DNA of 63,857 nucleotides, counting the filler, from Craspedostauros australis (taxonomy: Eukaryota): assembly GCA_030167865.1 (NCBI GenBank). It is 21 parts of 21 records of this genome, joined end to end, with 100 filler letters (N's around TTAATTAATTAA, not from the genome) between each part and the next. Parts side by side here need not be neighbours in the genome. Positions count along the whole stretch, not along the records: positions 48,258 to 51,801 come from JALAGF010001382.1; positions 51,902 to 53,851 come from JALAGF010001383.1; positions 53,952 to 59,411 come from JALAGF010001385.1; positions 59,512 to 62,347 come from JALAGF010001387.1; 17 more parts are not named here. One strand, given 5' to 3'. The notes under the pieces are model-generated. The model was not told the origin of the DNA. It searched no databases and saw nothing but the letters and a program-made list of their open reading frames with translations. This document shows, one piece after another, positions 48,596 to 59,957 of the stretch. The first letter of the stretch is position 1, and every line of letters begins with the position of its first letter. The position numbers were made by a program, and so were the translations under genes.

Positions 48596-51560
48596 AGCAA
48601 AAACAACTAGTAAAACAACGAAGGAGAGACGATGACGAAAAGTAGCAAGATGACGCGACCAACGGGTCAAATGCCAATGGAAGCGTACGTCCAAGGAGGC
48701 ATCAACAGCAACAAGACGAAGGGTAGAGACCAAAGGGACGATAAGGAGCAAGATGGATTGAACAGGAGAAAGAACGGCGAAGAATTGGGAGAGAACGATG
48801 GAAAGACAGGCAGAGGAGTCCGCAAGGTCGAGTGTGCAGCAGGCAAGTACTGCAAAGGAAGAGGACAGGCAGCAGCAGCAGTGCGATGCATCGTGTGCGG
48901 TGTACCAGCGCATCGAGAATGCAGGGCATGGATAAAGCCGGAGGAAGGCTTGGTAACACCAAGGGGCTTTCCGGTAGTATGCCAGCAATGCATTGAGAAC
49001 GATAGCATCACGGTAAAAGAGGCAAACGCAGGACAAAAGTACGTGGGTGCAGCGACGGAGCCCATCAGACAAGCACTTGGTAAGAAGTGGGGAAAGATGA
49101 AGCAACTCAGGAAGAAAGAGGAAAGTAAGGACGCGCCAAATGAGGAGAAACAGGATGATGAAGAGGAAGCAGTGGACAGAGAGGAAGGCATTGAGAAGAT
49201 GGATAGCGACGACGAAAACGAATGGACAGACGCATGGGAGAGTGGCGAGACAGGAGAAGGCATCACCGTGGCAACGGGACAAGAGGGAGGAGATCACGGA
49301 GGAAGCAAGAAAAGAACAGAACGGAGCCCACGGCACGCGAAGGCAGTGGAACAACCTACCAAAAGGAAGGATCTAAGAACTACAAACCAAGAAGCGGACA
49401 ACGCAACCGGAAGACAGACCATTACGATCAACGAGGCAGGAACAACCACGGTGGACAACACACAACACCCAAGACCAAGCTCAACTGGAGGGCGAGAACG
49501 AGCGATGGATTGCGACGAGGAAACACAAGCAGGAAGCAACGAGAGTGGAATCGGAAGGAGCCGACAACAGGGAGGCAAAGCCATCGAAACACGCTACTGC
49601 GATGTGCAGATGATGATCGAAGGAGGAGATGGAGCCAATGACGCAGGAACGGCAATCGACGCAGCCATAGCATCGTGCAAAGAATTCCTACGATCGATTC
49701 AGAGGGTGAATGCGACGGCGAAGCTGCTGCCATGGAATCCCTACGAAGACCAAACGATCGTGCATGCAATGGAGTCGTTTCCGACAGACATGATCAACTT
49801 GAAAAGATTCTTCAAAGGTGTCCGTCCGATCTACAAAGCAGCCAAAGAGAAAGGGTACCTGAAGGTGAAGATCGAGGCAAAAGGGCCAATCAGCAAGATC
49901 ACAGGAGAGCTGACAGATTATTTCCAGCATATCGGCGGGAGATTCGAAGTGGCAAAAATCCAAGCACCATCCACCACAACGCTGGGATGGCTCTTGTACT
50001 CCACACGACAAATCGACGCAGACGCATTGGAAGCGGAGCTAACAAAGCTGGCCAAGACACAGGTGGCAATCACGTGGAAACGGATCGCGGACGGAGAGAA
50101 GTACGATCCCAACAGAGACACGAAGAAGGATCCAAGGGCCCTCCATGTCGAGTCAAGTACTGAAGATCGGGCCCTAGTGGCAAAAGTATTGGAAGTATAC
50201 TACAGCACGAAAGCGAGGAAGTTTCCCCTGGGAGTGAGAATGCGAATCATCACGCCGCTATCGGGCATCGTTAACACGGACATGCGGAAGGGATGGTTCG
50301 AGTTGCGGGAAAGGCAAATGGAATGGTGTCTCAATGCAGTAGCTATGACGACCTACGACATCATACCAGAATGCTTGCAGGAGATACCGGACGGAACCAA
50401 CCTAACGCTCAGAGAGATGGTGATGAAGATCAAGTCAACCACCGGCAACACAAGTACGCCACTCTTCACATCAATTGACAAGCAATGGAGAGGTAACGGA
50501 TACGTGCTGCAATTTCATCCGGAGAAGACAGCAGAGGCAAGAATGGTAGTCAAAGGGCTATTAGTCAAGCTGACGGCAGACTACGGAGAAGAAGTGGAGA
50601 GACTGTTCACGTCCATGGCAAGAGTCGAAGCCAAAACGATGAAATGGGACGAAGAGACGAAAAGGGTGATTTCCGAAAAAGACAAAGAAGTGGAAGCAGC
50701 GATGACAGTGGATGAGGATATGCATTTCCAGAAAGCTGACGAAGATGAAGAAGAGGAGGAAGAAGAAGAAAGGGGAAGTAACATGAGGAAGGAGAAAGAC
50801 TATGGCGACGAGGACACCATACCTTCGATGCGGGACACACGAGCATGGCGGCAGATCCGGGAACAACGAAACACGAAAAGGCGAGCAGCCCAGAAAGCAA
50901 GAGAAGAAGAAGGGTCGACAACGTCAACGATCACGGGAGCAAGCCGAAGCACATCAAGAACGCAGAAGGAAAAAATGGCAGAGTTACAGGAACAGATGGG
51001 GAAGATATTGGAAGCGCAGGCGCAAGGATCGGTGACATCGACGCTGTCGGGGAGCACCGGGAGGACGACAGGAACGACAAGAGCTATGATGGCTGCAATG
51101 CAGCAACAAATGGAAGAGCTTAAGAAATTGGTGGTAACGACTAAGGCGGAGAACGAGGCCCTCAAAGCGGCAGGCAAGCCGAGGGCAACAAACAATGAAG
51201 TAAGACCACAGACGGTCCAGTGCACAACACAATCCATCGGAACGGGCGACGACCGGGAAGAGGAGCACGACAAGCACAGAGCTGGGGAACCGAGAGGGGA
51301 CCCGGCGAATGGTTAGACAGGAAGGGCAAGAGCAACAGCCAGTGGCAGCACGGCGACAGACTCAGAGCCCACCACAAGCGCCTGCGGATCGGGAGGTTAT
51401 ACCGCAACAGACCGACCGCGGAAGACGACAGGAAGTGAACGGGGGAGAAAGGATGAACAGGGTGCGGAGGAGAATGCTACGGAAGCAAGCAGGACAGCTA
51501 CGAATAGGAGTACAGAATTTCGGAGGGCTAGGACGTGTTGGCAAGTTCCGCGCACGGTAA
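48596..51560 (+). mobile_element. 5' portion of a LINE: ORF1 (48632-51316) and start of ORF2 (51309-51560), 3'-truncated
   Basis: Purine-rich sense strand; 894-aa ORF1 with C4HC3 finger, GWLLYST and PLF.SIDK motifs and a coiled-coil tail; overlapping ORF2 reaches LRIGVQNFGGL (first APE endonuclease motif) and then breaks off. Confidence 0.75.
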
Positions 51561-51901
51561 CCTACGATCGTGGAAGATGGTGTTGGTTGATAGTCGTCTG
51601 TTTGCTATTTCATTACTTGGCTACTCNNATGCTCTCGGTGTACGCCCGTTCTCTTGCCCGATGCTCTCGGCGCTTCAATCTGTTTCGTAGATTCGGTCTC
51701 CGACTATGAGTCGGTATGCGAGATCCTCTCTCGCTCCTCTCTGTATTCTCTCTCTCTCTCTCACCATCATGTGCTCGTGCTACACGATGCTTCGTGTTCG
51801 ANNNNNNNNNNNNNNNNNNNNNNNNNNNNNNNNNNNNNNNNNNNNTTAATTAATTAANNNNNNNNNNNNNNNNNNNNNNNNNNNNNNNNNNNNNNNNNNN
51901 N

Positions 51902-53849
51902 GTCTCCGAAATGATGGTTGTTTGTGAAGACTTCTTGGTGCTGGCATCGGCTTCTTTCGTTTGTGCGTTGTCTCTTGCACGTCCCATGGTGCTGAGAACC
52001 CCAATGGTGGCCAACGATGCAACAGCTGGGGCCAACAGCTGTGATGAGGCGATGCCCGCCTTCTGCTGACCTTTGCTCTCCTCAGACACCACTGCACGTT
52101 GTTTTGCCTGTGAGCTTGTGGCTGCGGCCGTCGCGGATTGGGCCGGGTTGTCCACGACTTCATAGGGATCCATCTCATGGCACACAATGACATCGCCGCT
52201 CTCACCGTCGTACACTTCGAAGCTCGTGCTGTCGTAGTTCACGAGGTTGATGACTGGAGCTGCACCAGCTGGGTTGGTGGTAGACTTGTCGGTGCCAATG
52301 CTCTGTGCTGAATCGCGTGATGCAAGGGCGTCGTCTCCGTCACCAATCCATGGATCCCCGTACGAATGCTGCCCCTCCATGGAGTCGCTGATAACGATGA
52401 CGCCATCGGAATGACTCTGCGATGGTCGAATCTGCTGGTGATCATCGTCACCCTCGTTGTCACCGGAGCAGTGGTCGTCTTCGTCGTCGAGCACAATGAT
52501 CTCTTCCACATTTCGCGAGCGGGAGGCGCTCTCTGCTGGGGTTTTTTGCTCGATGGAATAATTCCCAGGTGACGCACCGCCATGGCTTCCGTGGTCGGTG
52601 GCATCAATTGGGTCATGTTCAGCCGGAGCACCACCAACATCAGCATTGTCGCAATCCTTTTCTGCATTCATCAACAACTTGGTCATGGTCGCTGCGCCAA
52701 CCCCAAGGACAACTGCTGCACCTGCGGCTACTCCAGTCGGGACGTTCTTGGTGACATTGTCCAATGACGACTTCGCTGAGCTGATCGACTTGTGGGATGA
52801 GTTACGCTCGATGTGACCAGTCGAAACAGTTGCCGATGCATCTTGAGCGGCGTCGGCAACATCGTTTGTTGAGGCCGCCGACGCGTTGTCGGTGCAGCTA
52901 CTATCGACAGGATTCGAGTTGGCGCTTGCGCTCGTCACCACGCTGACTGCAGGGCTGCCGTCAGCTGCAACTTTGGCTGTGGTCGTGGTTTTGGCTGCAG
53001 CTGCCATAGATGCCGCCGTAACGACTGCTGCGGCCACGCCAATAGCTGCAGTGGTTGTCAATGCGTTGGCGTCGTCGTCCTTGTTGCTGTTGTCATCTTT
53101 CCCGAAGCTGCGATCGCTCTGCGTTGTGGATGGGCCCGATTGGTCTTGGTGCCCAACCAGCGCCCCAACCTTTTCCGAGTCAGAGTCCAACAGGCTGTTC
53201 AAGACGGATTCATTGAACGACAAAGGGCGTTCGTTGTCCGCAGAGCTGGAAGACAACTTCCTGGTGGAAGCTGCACCAGATCTCACCGACCATTCATTCT
53301 TGGAGAGGTGAATTCGGAGGCTGTGAATTGACCGCTGTTCGTTCCTCGCACAGATATGAGAACTTCCATGCCCTGGACGACTGGGATGTCATTGGATGAA
53401 CGTACGGTTTCCACGAGGTGGCCAACTATCACTGGGTTGGCTGCACCGGCGATCAGTTCTTGCTCTTCAGATCCCGGTTGACACGCGTCCTTGCTGGCAG
53501 ATTCGTCCTTGTTGCTGGTTTCGTATGAACTACCAGCAGCCAGTTTGGCCACAGCAAGGTCCATGATGTCTTTGAGAGGAGCCGGAGGAGGCCTGCTGGT
53601 CTCTGCGAGACGTTCGATGCCTTCACTCTGCATCTGCGAGTGAATCATTGCTGCAATCTTCGCCTCGTAGTCAGATGATGTTGAAGAAGAGAGGTCAACG
53701 GCACGGACCTTGCCATTCTTGACACCTTCGGAACGATTCGTGTAGACATCGCTGGATGCCAGGCTGAATGTTCCACTTGCGCTGCTCTCTGCCGACGGAC
53801 GCGACTGCTTGCTGCCACCGGCGTTCTGCGCTATTTCCGTTGCTGTTCC
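51902..53849 (-). CDS. Internal fragment of a large low-complexity (S/A/D/T-rich) protein, one intron at 53335-53405
   Basis: Frame open from 53849; a 71-nt intron GTACGT...CTCAT...GAACAG on the minus strand joins track ORFs 53283-53648 and 51850-53286 in frame. Confidence 0.65.
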
Positions 53850-55425
53850 ACNNNNNNNNNNNNNNNNNNNNNNNNNNNNNNNNNNNNNNNNNNNNTTAAT
53901 TAATTAANNNNNNNNNNNNNNNNNNNNNNNNNNNNNNNNNNNNNNNNNNNNTGAGACTGGTCAACGTGGAGTGTTGTTGGCTGTCCTGGCATGGCAAATT
54001 TTGTTGTTGCCGCGCGCAGTCATCATCGTGTCTTGTGGAGGAGGAGTCACACGATGTCTCTTCCTCTGTTGTGACTCGTTTTTCATGACGTGGAATCCGT
54101 TCCATGTGACGTAGAAGACGGATCAGCGAGAGTAAACACGAAATAGCTCTAAATATCCAATCGCCGTTTCTCCCAAAAGCAAGCAAACCAGTGGCAACAA
54201 GGGGCCAAAACTCCACAACTAGTGATATCGCGACACCGTTTTACATTGAGTGCAGCTAGTAGCACAGTCGCGACATCACCACCGGACGAAATTGGTGCTC
54301 CCATGACATCGCGATGAGACATGGTTTGCTCACACAAAGGAGTGACTCCACCACAATTGATCCGTTGATCCATCAACCGATTCGTTTCTCCTGCGACATG
54401 GAACAAGTCATTTCGGAGCAAGCCCATGCGGCTTTTCGGAGTGACTGGTGGTGTCGGCCATGGATCGCAATTATACTGAGGCGTCGCGGATCAAAGAGCC
54501 CACATCGACAGGACAACCGAGGGCGACGTGTCCACTTGCGGATGTACACACCGGTTGTTGTTAGATTAGATCAGGCAAGGCCTTCGTTGAAAAGCGCGGA
54601 GAGTACAAGCGATAGAACCATGGACTTTTGATGCGTAGCGAGATGCCTGGTCGGTGCTGGGGCTTCTCCGGCCCCGCGTGTGGTCGAGGGGTCGCCAAAA
54701 GAAACGTTTCGTCACTTCTGTTGTGGATCTGTGGAGCTGGTGGAAAGAAGGTCACACCAAGGAGAGAACAAGGGAAGGAAAGAAGAGCCACAGCATCCCC
54801 TCGGTCTCACACACAACACGGGGAGGAACCCAACAACTTGTCCCACCCTCTCCCGCACTCCCTTCATGATGTGTTGCGTGTGTGCGGGCGGTTGTGGATA
54901 AGTGATTTTCGCTGTTTCAATCCGAACAAAGTTGACATTTACTGGCCTTCATGATAATCCAAATGTTCAACATGACCTGTGGTATCTAATGGCCCTTGTG
55001 AGAGTGTCCCGGCGTACGAAGAACAAAGAACAAAAACACTCCACATGGTGCGTTGTGCACAACCCACTGCCACTTTCGTCACACAATCGGACTCCTCACC
55101 TGTGTAGCAATACAGGCTACATGGTTTCAGCTCTGGGGCGAACGGAGATGGAGCTACTCGCAACATGACGTACCGTACCATCCCCGTACGAGCCACAAGT
55201 AGGGAATGGAGAGATTGACAGCAAAAGCCGAAGATGCAACCATCAATTGAACTCTGGTGTCGTGGGACGATCCATTCTAGCCTTTCGGAGATCTATCCCA
55301 GGTCCTCGATGATGAGCGGCGATCTTCAGACTTCGGAGACGGTGTCAAAAGCATGCAAGTGAGACGGTGGAGATCGATTGCAGAGCATACGGTTGGACTG
55401 CTACTCGAAGCATGGCAGGCATGTG

Positions 55426-57280
55426 TCAGTACTTGTGGCTAGTGGCTAATTTCCGGTTTTTGGCACTTATCGGTAATTATTGGTAACCATTGGCCTATCG
55501 CCGATGGCACAAGCAGCCATTCGATGCATTGACGGCTGTTGCCTGACATCTTCACATCGTTGAAAAGAGCAGAGTGGAAGCTCTCTGTTGATGTCTTCAT
55601 TGTTGGCAAACGGTCTCCGCTTGCCGTTCATCTTGATGCCTCTTTTGGCCCTATTTCGGCCTTTTTCATATGGACGACGTACGGACACGAATCCGGATTT
55701 TTTGTTGGTAACCATTGGTAACTGCGTAGAGTCTACGGCATTCTGGTACAGAAATTTGTTGCTTTTTTGTCCAATCTCGACCGATGGCCTTCCAGAGACC
55801 CGCATCCAATTCTGTTTCGTCTATTGCTCAAGTGAATGGCATGGCTGAATTCGTCACTTCATTCTGCTTTGGGTGGTGTGTTGGTCAACAGCCCAGAATG
55901 CTGTTGTGTGTCGCGTTGGGTCTTTCAAGCCAGTCACAAATGCTCGTGACAGCCATGATCATCAATCCGTGAACACACACAAGTTCGCGCCAACAATTAT
56001 CGTGTGTTTTTAGGTGTTGTAGATTCGGACTGTGTTGTTCATTTGAGTCTCGCTACTTTATGCAAGGTTGTGCATCGCCCTGACGTCGGATCATCGTGCC
56101 GTTTGTTGCAATCGACACAGTATCCTCTCCTTTACCTTCCCATGTAGCCTAGGTCTTCGAATCTCACTTCCTCCAAAGATATACCAACTGCAAGTTCTTT
56201 TCGTCGCTTTCCGGTGTACTATCCTCACGAGGAAACACCGCTTCCTGACTACGCGCCACAACTGTCTTCATTGTCACTGGTTGTTGCACCCTCGCAAAGA
56301 ATAGCCACTTTTCTCACGCTCATGTGATGGGTGAAGTCGTTGACGCAGTCACTGTTCGTGCTCCACCAAACCGTGTTCCAACCGTTCTGTGGAGGAAGCC
56401 TGATGTTCTGTACTGATCTTCAGTGCAACTATGGCCGATCAAACACTGGCCTCTACATTGCGGACGCAATACATGCTACAATGCGCGCACATTGCGTGGG
56501 AAGCATGTGCAGCACAGTTGCACATGCTCAGCAATGTGGAGGATCCTACGAAGAGCGATCAAAGCATTGCGAGATTGACCTCCTCGGTGTGAAACAATCT
56601 ACTCTACTCTATTCTGGACTGCTCTTGTGTGCTGCTGCTAACCAAGGATCATTGCTCCCCCAAGCAGGATGGATGCAATGATATACATGCACCCAAGTTG
56701 CTGTTGCCAAGACGGTTGCTGATATATGGGTATTCCGGAGTAGAACTGAAACGCTATTGCAGAACTTATCAACCATATCATGAAGTACAATGTAATACGA
56801 TGAACGAAGCCACAATGGATGATATCAGGATATAAGGAACTGATCATAGCATGTGAAGAACACATCGGTCGGTACCACATCGTGCTGTGATCATTTCAAC
56901 CGCGTGCTAACACGCGCTGGGCCACACAAAAAGCCGCCACGATACATCGCGGTGATGGGCATTCGTGAATGGCGAAACCGAGTGGCGGCTCCAGAGAAAC
57001 GAACAGATCTCGAGGACTACCCAACCAATCGCCACCAAACTTGGAGAGGGTGATTAAAAGCCACGCATGAGAATGATCACAAAAGGAGAGCTCAAACAAG
57101 CGGAGCGGCATGGACTTGCCGAGGAGGTTTGTGGCAAAAATGGTGTTGTTTGGCCGCTTCGCGTGGGACTGACGTACAAAATGTACCGTCGTCTACGTCA
57201 AAATCGACTCATGCGACTAGTTACCAATTGTTACCAAAGGTTACCAAAAAAATTGGCCTCCACCCAAGCCACGAGACACT
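55426..57280. mobile_element. Possible decayed non-autonomous DNA transposon
   Basis: TTGGTAACCATTGG(TAAC) clusters at 55480-55495 and 55706-55723 mirrored by GTTACCAATTGTTACCAAAGGTTACCAA at 57220-57247; no TSD found; boundaries approximate. Confidence 0.35.
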
Positions 57281-58896
57281 AGAGACTGGGATTAGACAGA
57301 CATTTATATTACAGTACATACTGATCGAGGAATCATGCTGTACTCTACACTCCTCGATGCATGCTGTGACGACGAACGAAAAGCATCTCGCGGCGATCCG
57401 ATTGGAGTTCTTTCCCCAGAACGGGCCACCCACGCCACCAACATTGTTGTCCCCTGTGCCTGCCCTCCAGAGACACCACGAAGGTGGTTAGGCCTGGTAG
57501 CTTGGGAAGATCGAGGCCCAACTTGCATGCATGTCCCTCGGCCACCACCGGATCGTAGAAAGCACTGGTGCTGGCAAGTGTTGCACAAACTATTTCATGT
57601 AACACAAGCGTGTATCATGTGGCTAATCTCGGATTTCATGCAGCGCGGCGTGTTGGTACAGAAGATAGTAAAGTACATCGTGGCGGTGGCAAGCACAATT
57701 GCTCTATTCTACTCTTTTGGACTTGATTTCTGTGGTCTGGTCTGGAGTGGATTGGATTGGAGTGAAGAAGGCATCCCAAACACATCTCCTTGTCCTCGTT
57801 GTGTTGCGTTCTGTTCTCTATTTTAGCCTTCGGTAGCATGACACAAACGTGGATCGGGCGTGTTCGCTTCGTACTCCAAGTCAGTCTCAAAAAGACACCG
57901 GAACGTCCCGACTGCCGGCTTTTTGTTCCTCCACAGAAGGGGCTGGATCCGTTGTTTTGTTCTGCATTTGGGTTGTGGAGGTGGCGACGATGATTGGCTT
58001 GAGGTATGAGTGCGCACGTGGTCTAAATTACCCACGGCGGTTCTCATCAGATGTTCCTCTGTCTTCTTCTTTCGCCGACGTGACGCGATGAAACCGGAGA
58101 ACACGCCGTAAAGTGTGCTCGTTTCATTGCTCATGTGACCACAAACACCAACAACAAAATCTGATCGTGCGTTTGTGCACCCAGACGCGAACACACCATC
58201 GTCTTTTTCGCCACGTCTGCTTCCCAAAACGGAACGGAACCAAGGTATCACCGATGTGGCGATCCTATTCCCCGATCCAAAGCGGCATTTTGCCATTTCC
58301 ATTCTCTTGTTCCCACTCACGAACCTTCACTTTGTAGCGTCGGCGGCTTCCACCACCCACCAACACCCACCAACATCCACCAGCGCGCCTGATTCCTGTC
58401 ACACCCGACACGATCACTTAGCGTCAACATGCAATCAGATGCCGGAACAATAACACATTCCGAAGTGGACGGCGCAAGCCAGCCCACCGACAACGCACCA
58501 TCTGCGCCGAAAGCACGATTTTGTCAGTTCAGAATGAGTGTCGGATTGTGGGTGCAAGCATCTCACCCCTCCATCTCTCTTCTTGGCATCACGCAGCGTC
58601 ACACATCTTCGCTCACCGTTCGAGGTCCTCGCGGTTGGTACGCACTCCACTCTGTCCTTCGTGGATTACGGCCCACGATTATCTCTGTTCTGTCCTGCCC
58701 AACTCGAAGTCAACACGAACAACACAACGAAAACACAACAACTCAAACGACACAAGGCGCAATCCGGAGATCCACTTTCTGATCCTCCTCTCTCATCCTC
58801 ATAAAAAAATCCCAGTTGACTCAACACAACGAGCTTCACCTGCGCATCAACACCAAACCAGCCACCAACCGCATCAAAGCAAATAAACAAAACAAG

Positions 58897-59411
58897 ATGG
58901 CAGCAGTCGATTCAGGAGCCGCTGTAAGTGATTGCACTATCCAACACGATTGATGGAAGAACTTGACATACACGAAGTCCCCGCGTGCATGTGCATTGTA
59001 TGCGAATGATCAGATGAATGAATGAATGAATGAATGAATGAATTGGATGAATGAAATGATGACAATCCACCGCCTCTCCTAAACTCACTCTCACCTCATT
59101 CCAAATCCCATCATTGCAATCATTCTGCACATCGAAAACAACAACAACAACAATAACGACAACAACAACAACAACGACAACAACAGGGCGAGTGGAAGAA
59201 GTACTCCACCTACGCCATCAACACCGATCCAGACCAGGATGACAAGGCCACAGAGATCAAGCTCTGCAGCTTCGCCCGCCCGCACATGCGAGCATTCCAC
59301 TGCTCGTGGTGGTGCTTCTTCATCGCTTTCTTCATCTGGTTCGCCATCGCCCCACTCCTCAGTGAGATCCGTGACGACCTCGGCCTGAGCAAGGAGGAAG
59401 TGTGGACATCC
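58897..59411 (+). CDS. NRT2: High-affinity nitrate transporter (MFS, NRT2 family), 3'-partial; exons 58897-58923 and 59187->59411
   Basis: Missed by the ORF track. MAAVDSGAA / GTAAGT...CAACAG / GEWKKYSTYAINTDPDQDDKATEIKLCSFARPHMRAFHCSWWCFFIAFFIWFAIAPLLSEIRDDLGLSKEEVWTS, the NRT2 N-terminal signature. Confidence 0.93.
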
Positions 59412-59511
59412 NNNNNNNNNNNNNNNNNNNNNNNNNNNNNNNNNNNNNNNNNNNNTTAATTAATTAANNNNNNNNNNNNNNNNNNNNNNNNNNNNNNNNN
59501 NNNNNNNNNNN

Positions 59512-59895
59512 AAGTCTGCATTGGACGTTCCCCTCCCTGGTCAGGATGGATTGGATGAGTTGAACTTTCCTGATGTCCCATCATCCGCGGTGGACCTTGT
59601 TGATTCCAACCTGCTTGTCTTGGCCACAGGCGCAACAATCCATCGCGAAGTTGTTGCTTGTGCTGGTCCTCCAGATGCTGCTGCCCTCGTGGTTCATGCA
59701 AATGACGCTGTCATGGGCGACGAAGGCCATCACCTGAAGCGCGCAACACTTGGGACCAGCGGAAGCACCCCAAAGAAGATGAAGTCTGCAGCAGATGGCG
59801 AGCCAACGATCGCAGATGGACCTGACCTGGAGCAGTCACCAGATTCCTATGATTTCGATGACAGCGCCGATGATCCTCTCTCTGAGTACTTCTAA
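59512..59895 (+). CDS. 3' end of an ORF convergent with the transposase; probable Harbinger second ORF
   Basis: Frame open from contig start, ends 62 nt from the transposase stop; two-ORF organisation is established for PIF/Harbinger. Confidence 0.45.
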   Translation, partial: KSALDVPLPGQDGLDELNFPDVPSSAVDLVDSNLLVLATGATIHREVVACAGPPDAAALVVHANDAVMGDEGHHLKRATLGTSGSTPKKMKSAADGEPTIADGPDLEQSPDSYDFDDSADDPLSEYF

Positions 59896-59957
59896 GATGG
59901 CAATATTGACAGATAAGAGTACAGGAATGACTTGCTCTAATAGTATTTAGGAATGAT

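Noticed and set aside
53952..58890. Many short ORFs upstream of NRT2
   Set aside because: None has a recognisable motif or coding-like composition; treated as intergenic or decayed TE.
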